DNA from: Clostridia bacterium
GTDB taxonomy: Bacteria > Bacillota > Clostridia > Oscillospirales > QAKW01
Length of the DNA: 64,000 nucleotides
Reading direction: 5' to 3'
Assembly (NCBI GenBank): GCA_017440465.1
Contig: JAFSHF010000023.1
Coordinates: forward strand, 33,515-97,514
Part shown: piece after piece, positions 55,983 to 64,000 of the stretch
Layout: each line of letters opens with the position of its first letter
How positions within the stretch are numbered: the stretch's first letter is position 1
Notes under the pieces: model-generated
Told to the model about the DNA's origin: nothing
Seen by the model: only the letters and a program-made list of their open reading frames with translations
The model's database searches: none
Made by a program: the position numbers and the translations under genes

Positions 55983-56096
55983 AGAACGACTCTTTGCGAC
56001 TGACGGATCATGTGGAGTTCACCACAATGGAGCAAAGGGTAAAAAGCCGACCGTCTGGGCGCACATCTCCTGCAAGGAGTCGTGCGCCCTTTTTGT
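55983..56096 (+). ncRNA. ZTP riboswitch (pfl motif) with terminator expression platform
   Basis: GCGACTGACGG...GTGGAGTTCACCAC..GGAGC sub-domain, a linker, then GCCGACCGTCTGGGCG (compare the consensus CCGCCUGGGC). The 3' element overlaps the terminator GGGCGCAC...GTGCGCCC-TTTTT, directly upstream of purE. Confidence 0.8.
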
Positions 56097-56126
56097 TTTA
56101 TAAAATAATTTCGGAGGTATAAACTT

Positions 56127-56609
56127 ATGAGAAAAGTCGCAGTAATGATGGGGAGCGACAGCGATCTGCCCATCGTTCAAAAGGCAATGGATACGCTGGC
56201 TTCCTTCGGTGTTCCTTATGAGGCGCATGTTTATTCCGCCCATCGCACCCCGGAGCAGGCAAAAGACTTCTCCCAAAATGCAAGAGAGAATGGCTTTGGT
56301 GCCATTATCTGCGCCGCGGGGATGGCAGCGCACTTGGCAGGTGCGGTCGCCGCCAATACCACATTGCCGGTCATCGGCATTCCCATCCAATCCAAATTGG
56401 GCGGTATGGATGCCCTGCTTTCTACCGTGATGATGCCTCCCGGAATTCCCGTCGCCACCGTTGCCATCGACGGCGGTGTCAACGCCGCGTTGCTGGCGAT
56501 TCAGATCTTGGCGGTGGAAGATGCCGAATTGGCAAAGAAACTCAACGATAAGCGCGTCAAGGACGCAGAAACTGTGTTGGCAAAGGATGCCGCACTTCAA
56601 GAAGTTTAA
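56127..56609 (+). CDS. purE: N5-carboxyaminoimidazole ribonucleotide mutase (class I PurE signature)
   Basis: 160 aa with MGSDSD and SAHRTP motifs. Confidence 0.9.
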   Translation: MRKVAVMMGSDSDLPIVQKAMDTLASFGVPYEAHVYSAHRTPEQAKDFSQNARENGFGAIICAAGMAAHLAGAVAANTTLPVIGIPIQSKLGGMDALLSTVMMPPGIPVATVAIDGGVNAALLAIQILAVEDAELAKKLNDKRVKDAETVLAKDAALQEV

Positions 56610-56640
56610 AATTTTAATTCATATAAAGGAGAACGAAAAA

Positions 56641-57321
56641 ATGAAACTTGTTTACACCGGAAAAACCAAGGACGTATTTGCACTGGATAACGGCAACTAT
56701 TTGCTGAAGTTTAAAGATGATTGCACCGGCAAGGACGGTGTCTTTGATCCCGGCGAAAATGCAGTCGGTCTGACCATCGACGGTGTCGGCGATGTCAACC
56801 TGCGGATGTCCATCTATTTCTTTGAAAAGGTCAATGCTGCAGGCATCAAGACCCATTATGTGGATGCTTCTTTGCAGGATACCACTATGGAAGTTCTGCC
56901 CGCTAAAGTATTCGGTCACGGTCTGGAAGTCATCTGCCGCCATAAGGCTGTCGGCAGCTTCACCCGCCGCTACGGTGATTATATCGAAGAAGGTGCTGAT
57001 CTGCCTGCTTATGTGGAGATGACCTTCAAGGACGATGCCAAGGGCGATCCTCTGGTGACCAAGGACGCTTTGGTTGCGCTGAATGTGATGACCGACGCGC
57101 AGTATGAAGATATGAAGGCGATGACCCAGAAGATCACCCAGATCGTTGCCGACGATCTGAAGGAAAAGGGCTTGGTGCTCTATGATATCAAATTTGAATT
57201 TGGTTATGATGCCGAAGGCAACGTGATGCTGATCGACGAGATCGCATCCGGTAATATGCGCGTCTATAAGGATGGCAAGTATATCGATCCGATGACCTTG
57301 AGCGAACTCTTTTTTGCATAA
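56641..57321 (+). CDS. purC: SAICAR synthase
   Basis: ORF trimmed to the ATG at 56641 behind AAGGAG. N-terminus [13 protein letters not shown]. Confidence 0.9.
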   Translation: MKLVYTGKTKDVFALDNGNYLLKFKDDCTGKDGVFDPGENAVGLTIDGVGDVNLRMSIYFFEKVNAAGIKTHYVDASLQDTTMEVLPAKVFGHGLEVICRHKAVGSFTRRYGDYIEEGADLPAYVEMTFKDDAKGDPLVTKDALVALNVMTDAQYEDMKAMTQKITQIVADDLKEKGLVLYDIKFEFGYDAEGNVMLIDEIASGNMRVYKDGKYIDPMTLSELFFA

Positions 57322-57345
57322 TTGAGTAGGTTATAGGAGGAACTC

Positions 57346-58770
57346 ATGGGAGGATTTTTTGGAATAACCTCAAAAGAAGAATGTCTGCAAGACGTTTTCT
57401 TCGGTGTGGATTATCATTCCCATCTCGGAACGCGCAGAGCAGGCTTGGCGGTCTACGATAAGGAGATCGGCTTGCAACGCAAATTGCACAGTATCGAAAA
57501 TTCCCCGTTTCGGACAAGGTTTGAAAATGTCTTCGACGAAATGCACGGAACCGCGGCAGTCGGTTGCATCAGCAATACCGATCCTCAGCCGCTGCTGATC
57601 CGTTCCAAGGGCGGAACTTTTGCCCTTTGCACCACCGGGATCGTCAATAATGCAGCCGCATTGATCGATGAATATCTGGAAAAGGATGGCGGCCATTTCG
57701 ATTCGATGACCGGTGGAAAGGTCAATACCACCGAACTTCTGGCGGCATTGATCAGCCGTGAGAATACTTTGGTTCAAGGAATCAAGGCGGTCCAGCAGGC
57801 GGTGGACGGAACGGTCGGGATCGTTCTTTTGAAAGACGACGGAACCATCCTTGCCGCCCGCGACAAAATGGGGCGGTTGCCGATGCTGATCGGTAAGCGG
57901 GAGGATGGCTATTGCGTCACTTTTGAATCCTTTGCCGCGATTAAACTTGGCTTTGAAATCATCAAGGAACTCGGTGCCGGTGAAATTGTCGAACTTTCAC
58001 CTGCCGAGATGAAGATCTTGGCCGAACCTTTGCCCAAGAAGAAGATCTGTGCCTTCCTTTGGAGCTACTATGGCTATCCCACCGCCACCTATGAAGGGGT
58101 CAATGTGGAAGCGATGCGTGTGCGTAACGGTGCGCTGATGGCAAAAAGCGACCGCGAGAACGGGCTGGCGCAGGAGATCGATTACGTCTGCGGAATTCCC
58201 GATTCCGGCGTTCCGCATGCCATCGGCTATGCCAATGAAAGCGGCATTGATTTTGCGCGGGCGTACATTAAATATACCCCCACCTGGTCCCGCAGTTTTA
58301 CCCCCAATAAGCAGACCGACCGCAATCGGATCGCCAAAATGAAGCAGATCCCTGTTCACGAATTTATTCAGGATAAAAAATTGATGCTTATTGATGATTC
58401 GATCGTGCGGGGAACGCAGATTCGCGAAACGGTTGAATTTTTGTATGAAAACGGTGCCAAGGAAGTGCATATGCGCTCCGCTTGCCCGCCGATCCTGTTC
58501 CCTTGTAAATACCATAATTTCAGCCGCACCGCTTCGGAGATGGATCTGATTGCGCGTAAGCTGATCGCCGAATTTGAAGGGGACGAGGGGATGAACCATA
58601 TCGATGAATATCTGGATGGTTCCACCGAGCGCGGAAAGAGATTGCGCGATACCCTTGCCAAGCGGTTTGAGTTTGCTTCTCTGGATTATCAATCGCTGGA
58701 GAATATCATTAAAGCAATAGGCTTGCCGGAATGTGAGCTTTGCACTTATTGCTGGAACGGAAAGGAATAA
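57346..58770 (+). CDS. purF: Amidophosphoribosyltransferase homologue lacking the N-terminal catalytic Cys
   Basis: 474 aa with AGGAGGA 6 nt upstream. An Ntn-amidotransferase-like N-domain plus a PRTase domain ([13 protein letters not shown]). The N-terminus is MGGFFGI rather than (M)CG[IV]. Confidence 0.8.
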   Translation: MGGFFGITSKEECLQDVFFGVDYHSHLGTRRAGLAVYDKEIGLQRKLHSIENSPFRTRFENVFDEMHGTAAVGCISNTDPQPLLIRSKGGTFALCTTGIVNNAAALIDEYLEKDGGHFDSMTGGKVNTTELLAALISRENTLVQGIKAVQQAVDGTVGIVLLKDDGTILAARDKMGRLPMLIGKREDGYCVTFESFAAIKLGFEIIKELGAGEIVELSPAEMKILAEPLPKKKICAFLWSYYGYPTATYEGVNVEAMRVRNGALMAKSDRENGLAQEIDYVCGIPDSGVPHAIGYANESGIDFARAYIKYTPTWSRSFTPNKQTDRNRIAKMKQIPVHEFIQDKKLMLIDDSIVRGTQIRETVEFLYENGAKEVHMRSACPPILFPCKYHNFSRTASEMDLIARKLIAEFEGDEGMNHIDEYLDGSTERGKRLRDTLAKRFEFASLDYQSLENIIKAIGLPECELCTYCWNGKE

Positions 58771-58774
58771 ACGA

Positions 58775-59815
58775 ATGAAAAATTCAATGTCTGAAAGTTA
58801 TGCAGCAGCAGGCGTAGATATTACTGCCGGCTATAAAGCAGTGGAACTGATGAAGAGCCACGTTGCCCGCACCAAGACCGCGGGCGCCGATATTGATATC
58901 GGCGGCTTTGGCGGCCTTTTTATGCCGGATCTTGCCGGAATGAAAAAGCCGGTTTTGGTCAGCGGTACCGACGGTGTCGGCACCAAACTGAAGATGGCAT
59001 TTTTGATGGATAAACACGATACTGTCGGCATCGATTGCGTGGCGATGTGTGTCAACGATGTCATCTGCTGCGGCGCAAAACCCTTGTTCTTCCTGGACTA
59101 TATCGCTTGCGGCAAGAACTATCCCGAAAAGATCGCTCAGATCGTCGCCGGTGTTGCAGAAGGCTGTGTCCAGAGCGGCGCGGCTCTGATCGGCGGTGAA
59201 ACGGCCGAAATGCCCGGCTTCTATCCGGTGGATGAGTATGACCTTGCAGGCTTTGCTGTGGGCATTGTGGATGCCGAAAAGGTGGTCGATAATAAATCGA
59301 TGAAAGCAGGCGACGTAGTTATCGCCCTGCCCTCCAGCGGCGTTCATTCCAACGGCTTTTCGCTGGTACGTAAGGTATTCGACGTTGAAAATGCTGATCT
59401 CAAAACTCCCGTTGCCGAATTGGGCGGCAAATCGGTGGGCGAGACTTTGCTGACCCCCACCAAGATCTATGTCAAGCCGATGGTCGCGCTCTTTGAGCAG
59501 GTCCAGGTGAAGGGTGTTTCCCATATCACCGGCGGCGGTTTTTATGAAAATATCCCCAGAAGCATCCCCGATGGCTTGGGTGCTAAGATCGATAAGAGCG
59601 CAGTACGCGTTCTGCCGATCTTTGAATTGCTGGCTAAGGTAGGCAATATCCCCGAAAGAGATATGTTCAATACTTTTAATATGGGTGTCGGTATGAGCGT
59701 TGTGGTCGCTCCCGAAGATGCCGATCGTGCCATCGAGATTTTGAAGGCCAACGGCGAAGATGCTTATGTCATCGGCTCCATCATCGAATCCGATGAAAAG
59801 ATCATTCTGGAGTAA
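58775..59815 (+). CDS. purM: Phosphoribosylformylglycinamidine cyclo-ligase (AIR synthase)
   Basis: Start at the ATG at 58775 behind [15 protein letters not shown] and DGVGTK motifs. Confidence 0.9.
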   Translation: MKNSMSESYAAAGVDITAGYKAVELMKSHVARTKTAGADIDIGGFGGLFMPDLAGMKKPVLVSGTDGVGTKLKMAFLMDKHDTVGIDCVAMCVNDVICCGAKPLFFLDYIACGKNYPEKIAQIVAGVAEGCVQSGAALIGGETAEMPGFYPVDEYDLAGFAVGIVDAEKVVDNKSMKAGDVVIALPSSGVHSNGFSLVRKVFDVENADLKTPVAELGGKSVGETLLTPTKIYVKPMVALFEQVQVKGVSHITGGGFYENIPRSIPDGLGAKIDKSAVRVLPIFELLAKVGNIPERDMFNTFNMGVGMSVVVAPEDADRAIEILKANGEDAYVIGSIIESDEKIILE

Positions 59816-59819
59816 GCGG

Positions 59820-60434
59820 ATGGGGAAGACAAAGATTGCTGTCCTCGTCTCGGGCGGCGGAACCAACCTGCAGGCGCTGATCGATAGTGTCGCAAGCGGT
59901 GTCTTGCAGAGCGGAGAGATCGCGCTGGTCCTTTCCGGCAACCGCGATGCCTATGCATTGGAGCGGGCGGCTAAGGCAGGGATCGCCACCGAGATCGTGG
60001 TCAAAAAAGAATGTGCCGATCAGGCAGATTTTGAGCAAAAGATCATCGCCGCTTTGAAAAAATACGGCATTGAGCTGATCGTTCTTGCCGGCTTTATGAA
60101 TATTCTGAGTGCGGATTTTACCGAGCGGTATCCCGAGCGGATCATCAACGTTCATCCGTCGCTGATCCCCTCCTTCTGCGGTAAAGGCTTTTACGGTCTT
60201 CGGGTGCATGAGGCGGCATTGGAATACGGCGTGAAGGTGACCGGCGCCACCGTTCATTTTGTCAATGAAATTCCCGACGGCGGAAGGATCATTGCCCAAA
60301 AGGCGGTGGAGATCCAAGCGGGGGATACCCCCGAGATCCTGCAAAAGCGGGTGATGGAGCAGGCAGAATGGATCCTGCTTCCCCAAGCTGTCGAAACCGT
60401 TTCGGCGGCGATGATGAAAGGAGAAACCGTATGA
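59820..60434 (+). CDS. purN: Phosphoribosylglycinamide formyltransferase
   Basis: ORF trimmed to the ATG at 59820. VLVSGGGTNLQALID and NVHPSLIP motifs. Confidence 0.9.
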   Translation: MGKTKIAVLVSGGGTNLQALIDSVASGVLQSGEIALVLSGNRDAYALERAAKAGIATEIVVKKECADQADFEQKIIAALKKYGIELIVLAGFMNILSADFTERYPERIINVHPSLIPSFCGKGFYGLRVHEAALEYGVKVTGATVHFVNEIPDGGRIIAQKAVEIQAGDTPEILQKRVMEQAEWILLPQAVETVSAAMMKGETV

Positions 60435-61150
60435 ACATCTATGACATTAAATCGATGGGCGAGCGCATCGAAGGAAACAGTTATGTAGGCCGCGGCATTG
60501 TTCTGGGTAAGACGGCCGACGGCAAAAAGGCCGCAGCCGCTTATTTCATTATGGGCCGTAGCGAGAACAGCCGCAACCGTATCTTCACCGAAAGGGACGG
60601 CGCGGTCTTCACCGAGCCCTTTGATCCCTCTAAGGTGGAAGATCCGTCTTTGATTATTTATGCCGCTCTGCGTCGGTATGAAAATAAACTGATCGTTACC
60701 AACGGTGATCAGACCGATACCATCTATGAAGGTCTGAAAAAAGGCGATAGCTTTGCTACCGCGCTGACCACCAGAGAATTTGAGCCCGATGCTCCGAACT
60801 TAACGCCGCGTATCAGCGGTATGATCACCTTCGGCGAAGGGGATTTTACTTATGAAATGAGCATTTTAAAGAGCGCGGATGCCGAAGGAACTGCCTGCAA
60901 CCGTTATCATTTCTCCTATCCTGCGTTGGCAGGTCTGGGTCATTTTATCCATACCTATGTATGCGACGGCAATCCCATCCCTACCTTCCAAGGGGAGCCC
61001 GAGCGTGTCTCCATTCCCGATGATATCGATGCCTTTGCGGAGGATATCTGGAATCATCTGGATGCGGATAATAAGATCTCTTTGTATGTCTGCTATACCG
61101 ATCTGGAGACCGGCGCAGAAGAGACCTATATGATCAATAAAAATTCTTGA
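60431..61150 (+). CDS. IMP cyclohydrolase, PurO-like (non-PurH type)
   Basis: 239 aa with an ATGA overlap with purN. N-terminal YVGRGIVLG...YFIMGRSENSRNR is typical of PurO-family cyclohydrolases. Confidence 0.75.
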   Translation: MNIYDIKSMGERIEGNSYVGRGIVLGKTADGKKAAAAYFIMGRSENSRNRIFTERDGAVFTEPFDPSKVEDPSLIIYAALRRYENKLIVTNGDQTDTIYEGLKKGDSFATALTTREFEPDAPNLTPRISGMITFGEGDFTYEMSILKSADAEGTACNRYHFSYPALAGLGHFIHTYVCDGNPIPTFQGEPERVSIPDDIDAFAEDIWNHLDADNKISLYVCYTDLETGAEETYMINKNS

Positions 61151-61168
61151 GAAGGGCGGAATTTAAAT

Positions 61169-62353
61169 ATGAACGAATTTGAACTGAAATATGGTTGTAA
61201 TCCCAACCAGAAGCCTTCTAAAATATATATGAAGGACGGCAGCGAACTGCCCATCAAGATCCTTTCCGGCCGCCCCGGTTATATCAACTTCCTGGATGCC
61301 TTCAATTCCTGGCAGTTGGTCAAAGAAATTAAAGAAGCTTTGGGGATGCCTGCGGCAACCTCCTTTAAGCACGTCAGCCCCACTTCCGCCGCGGTCGGCA
61401 CTCCGCTGCCCGAAAAGCTGAAGAAGGCTTGCTTTGTAGACGATATTGAAGGGTTGGATGACTCGCCCTTGGCCTGCGCTTATGCCAGAGCCCGCGGTAC
61501 CGACCGTATGAGTTCCTTTGGCGATTGGATCGCCCTTTCCGATGTCTGCGATGTCACCACCGCGTTGCTTATCAAAAGAGAGGTTTCCGATGGGATCATT
61601 GCCCCCGGTTATACCCCCGAAGCATTGGAGATTTTGAAATCCAAGCGGAAGGGCAACTATAATATCGTCGAGATTGATCCCGACTATCGCCCCGAAATGC
61701 AGGAAACCAAGCAGGTCTTTGGTATCACCTTCGAGCAGGGTCGTAACGAATTTAAAATCAACAATGAATTGCTGGAAAATCTCGTTACCGAGAATAAGAA
61801 TTTGCCCGATAGTGCCAAGCGCGATCTGATCATTGCGCTCATCACCTTGAAATATACCCAATCCAACTCCGTCTGCTATGCGGTGGACGGTCAGGCGATC
61901 GGTGTCGGCGCAGGTCAGCAATCCAGAATCCATTGCACCCGCCTTGCCGGTAATAAAGCCGATGTCTGGCATCTGCGTCAACACGATAAGGTGCTGAATC
62001 TGCCCTTTAAGGAGACTCTCGGCAGACCGGATCGGGATAATGTCATCGATAGTTATATCAATAAGAACGAAGAAGATGTCTGCAAAGACGGCATCTGGCA
62101 AAAATATTTCACCGAGCAGCCCGAACCCTTCACCAAAGAAGAGATGGATGCTTATCTTGCCACCCTCAGCGGTGTAGCAGTCGGCAGCGATGCCTTCTTC
62201 CCCTTTGATGATAATATTGAGCGCGCTAAAAAGAGCGGCGTTTCCTATATCGCCGAGCCCGGCGGATCCATCCGTGACGACATTGTCATCGATTGCTGTA
62301 ATAAGTATGGCATTGCGATGGCATTCACCGGAATGCGCTTATTCCACCATTGA
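61169..62353 (+). CDS. purH: AICAR formyltransferase (stand-alone AICARFT domain of PurH)
   Basis: 394 aa with LKYGCNPNQ, and SNSVCYA...GVGAGQQSRIHC near the active site. It lacks the MGS-like cyclohydrolase domain. Confidence 0.85.
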   Translation: MNEFELKYGCNPNQKPSKIYMKDGSELPIKILSGRPGYINFLDAFNSWQLVKEIKEALGMPAATSFKHVSPTSAAVGTPLPEKLKKACFVDDIEGLDDSPLACAYARARGTDRMSSFGDWIALSDVCDVTTALLIKREVSDGIIAPGYTPEALEILKSKRKGNYNIVEIDPDYRPEMQETKQVFGITFEQGRNEFKINNELLENLVTENKNLPDSAKRDLIIALITLKYTQSNSVCYAVDGQAIGVGAGQQSRIHCTRLAGNKADVWHLRQHDKVLNLPFKETLGRPDRDNVIDSYINKNEEDVCKDGIWQKYFTEQPEPFTKEEMDAYLATLSGVAVGSDAFFPFDDNIERAKKSGVSYIAEPGGSIRDDIVIDCCNKYGIAMAFTGMRLFHH

Positions 62354-62365
62354 TGATATCCCATA

Positions 62366-62389
62366 TTGCCTCTCCGCAAGGGGAGGCAA
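62366..62389 (+). other. Intra-operon GCAA-capped hairpin between purH and purD
   Basis: TTGCCTCTCC-GCAA-GGGGAGGCAA (10 bp, one G-U) followed by only a weak T tract. Possibly a partial terminator or an RNA-stability element. Confidence 0.35.
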
Positions 62390-62427
62390 GTGGTGTTTTA
62401 TATCGGAGATAAATAAGGAGAAAAATT

Positions 62428-63699
62428 ATGAAACTTTTGGTTGTGGGCGGCGGTGGCCGCGAGCATGCCATTATTAAAAAATTAAAAGAAAATCCCAATG
62501 TGGAAGAGATCTTTGCCTGCCCCGGCAACGGCGGTATGGCAGAGGATGCCACCTTGGTTCCCATCGGCGCAAAGGAGATCGAAAAGATCGTTGCTTTTGC
62601 CGCCGAGCAAAAGATCGATTATGCCGTTGTTGCTCCCGACGATCCTTTGGTTCTGGGATGCGTCGATGCCCTCAATGAGATCGGAATCCCTTGCTTTGGT
62701 CCGAAGGCCAATGCGGCGATTATTGAAGGCAGTAAGGTCTTTTCCAAGGACTTGATGAAGAAATACCATATTCCCACCGCGGAATACGCGGTCTTTGAAA
62801 ACTGCGAAGATGCGCTGGCATATTTGGAAACGGCACCGATCCCCACCGTTGTCAAGGCGGATGGCTTGGCACTCGGTAAGGGTGTCATCATCGCCGAGAC
62901 CCGCGAAGATGCTAAAAATGCAGTGCGGTCGATGATGGAAGATCAGATCTTCGGTGCCAGCGGCAGTCGTGTTGTCATCGAAGAGTTTTTGACCGGTCCC
63001 GAAGTATCGGTCCTTTCCTTTACCGATGGGGAGACGGTCATCCCGATGATCTCTTCGATGGACCATAAACGCGCTTTAGATGGCGACCAAGGGTTGAATA
63101 CCGGCGGGATGGGTACTGTTGCACCCAACCCTTATTATACCGAGGCGATCGCCGCCGAATGTATGGAAACCATCTTCCTGCCCACCGTTCGCGCGATGAA
63201 GGCAGAGGGGCGTACTTTTAAAGGATGCCTTTATTTCGGTTTGATGCTTACTCCGAACGGCCCGAAGGTAATCGAATATAACTGCCGTTTCGGCGATCCC
63301 GAAACGCAGGTGGTTCTGCCCTTGTTGGAAAGCGATCTGCTGACTGTGATGCAGGCAACCACCAACGGAACTTTGGCCGAAACCGAAGTGAAATTCAGCA
63401 ATGGGCACGCCTGTTGCGTGGTGATGGCATCGGAAGGCTATCCCGGAAAATATACCACCGGCCATAAACTGACCATCCCTGCCGAAATTAAGGACGATGT
63501 CTTTGTGGCAGGTGCTAAATTGGATGGGGAAGACCTGCTTACCGCAGGCGGCCGTGTTCTTGGTGTCACCGCCACCGCAGACTCTTTAGAAGCGGCGATC
63601 GATGCCGCCTATGCCAAGGTAAAGGATGTTCATTTTGCGAATGCCTTTTATCGTCATGATATCGGTCAAAAAGCGTTGAAAGCCGGAAAGGAGAACTAA
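62428..63699 (+). CDS. purD: Phosphoribosylamine--glycine ligase
   Basis: 423 aa, ATP-grasp. N-terminus MKLLVVGGGGREHA. Confidence 0.95.
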   Translation: MKLLVVGGGGREHAIIKKLKENPNVEEIFACPGNGGMAEDATLVPIGAKEIEKIVAFAAEQKIDYAVVAPDDPLVLGCVDALNEIGIPCFGPKANAAIIEGSKVFSKDLMKKYHIPTAEYAVFENCEDALAYLETAPIPTVVKADGLALGKGVIIAETREDAKNAVRSMMEDQIFGASGSRVVIEEFLTGPEVSVLSFTDGETVIPMISSMDHKRALDGDQGLNTGGMGTVAPNPYYTEAIAAECMETIFLPTVRAMKAEGRTFKGCLYFGLMLTPNGPKVIEYNCRFGDPETQVVLPLLESDLLTVMQATTNGTLAETEVKFSNGHACCVVMASEGYPGKYTTGHKLTIPAEIKDDVFVAGAKLDGEDLLTAGGRVLGVTATADSLEAAIDAAYAKVKDVHFANAFYRHDIGQKALKAGKEN

Positions 63700-64000
63700 T
63701 GGTTTATCGTATTTATGTTGAAAAAAAGCCGGAACTCGCCAATGAGGCGCGGGACCTGCGCTATGAAGTGCGCCACATTTTGCAGATCAAAACGCTGGAA
63801 AAGGTGCGCGTTATTAACCGCTATGATGTGGAAAATATTGAAAAAGAACTGTTCGATTATGCGGTAGGTACCGTATTTTCCGAACCTCAGCTGGATATTG
63901 CCACCAATTCCATCGAAATGGACGGTGCCAAGGTGTTTGCGGTAGAGCCCCTGCCCGGTCAGTTTGATCAGCGCGCCGATTCTGCCGCGCAATGTATCCA
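63699..64000 (+). CDS. purL: Phosphoribosylformylglycinamidine synthase (large single-chain type), 5' partial
   Basis: The ATG at 63699 overlaps the purD stop by 1 nt. The frame is open to the window end. MVYRIYVEKKPELANEARDL...VFAVEPLPGQFDQRADSAAQCI matches the N-domain of single-chain FGAM synthases. Confidence 0.85.
   Translation, partial: MVYRIYVEKKPELANEARDLRYEVRHILQIKTLEKVRVINRYDVENIEKELFDYAVGTVFSEPQLDIATNSIEMDGAKVFAVEPLPGQFDQRADSAAQCI

Noticed and set aside
58784-59941. 385-aa - strand ORF (similar cases: 61163..62101, 24701..25726, 27706..28770, 33461..34411)
   Set aside because: All are antisense to strongly recognisable genes (purM/purN, purH, trkA, MBOAT, radical SAM) and lack start-site signals. 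Shadow ORFs.

Overview
This 64-kb window reads as core chromosome of a spore-forming Clostridia-type Firmicute, about 50% GC by eye. I annotated it by eye from the ORF track and the raw sequence, with no searches run.

Coding content is dense and mostly housekeeping:
- Metabolism: a eukaryote-type glycogen branching enzyme, an enoate-reductase-like flavoenzyme, a complete 7-gene arginine operon (argGHCJBDF), a two-subunit aconitase-X pair, cysK and ddh.
- Ion transport: an orphan Na+-decarboxylase beta/gamma pair, and two convergent K+ uptake systems (ktrBA and trkAH).
- Envelope: an AT-rich LtaS-family / MBOAT / DHHW module, plus an amino-acid permease.
- An overlapping four-gene operon: membrane protein, M50 protease, TIGR03960 radical SAM, TIGR03936.
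- Housekeeping clusters: lepB-rbgA-rnhB-yraN, tig-clpP-clpX, spoIIAA-spoIIAB-sigF, folC-valS, rplM-rpsI.
- A ZTP-riboswitch-led purine operon (purE-C-F-M-N, PurO-type IMP cyclohydrolase, AICARFT, purD, purL), truncated at the window end.
- Four tRNA genes: Ser-GCU, Ser-GGA, Arg-CCU and Gln-CUG.

I found no CRISPR array, transposase, integrase, phage gene or recognisable defence or toxin system.

The least explained material is non-coding:
- A promoter-to-terminator, rod-like RNA upstream of the DHHW-MBOAT operon. Its 10-14-nt box recurs three times and overlaps the start codon.
- Hairpin-dense, motif-punctuated spacers flanking the three minus-strand tRNA genes.
- A 390-nt structured clpP-clpX spacer.

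Protein-level oddities include a PurF homologue without the N-terminal catalytic Cys, a TIGR04076 protein coupled to ktrBA, and a Lys/Ala-rich tail on trigger factor. All functional readings of these are hypotheses that need covariation, database or transcriptome checks.
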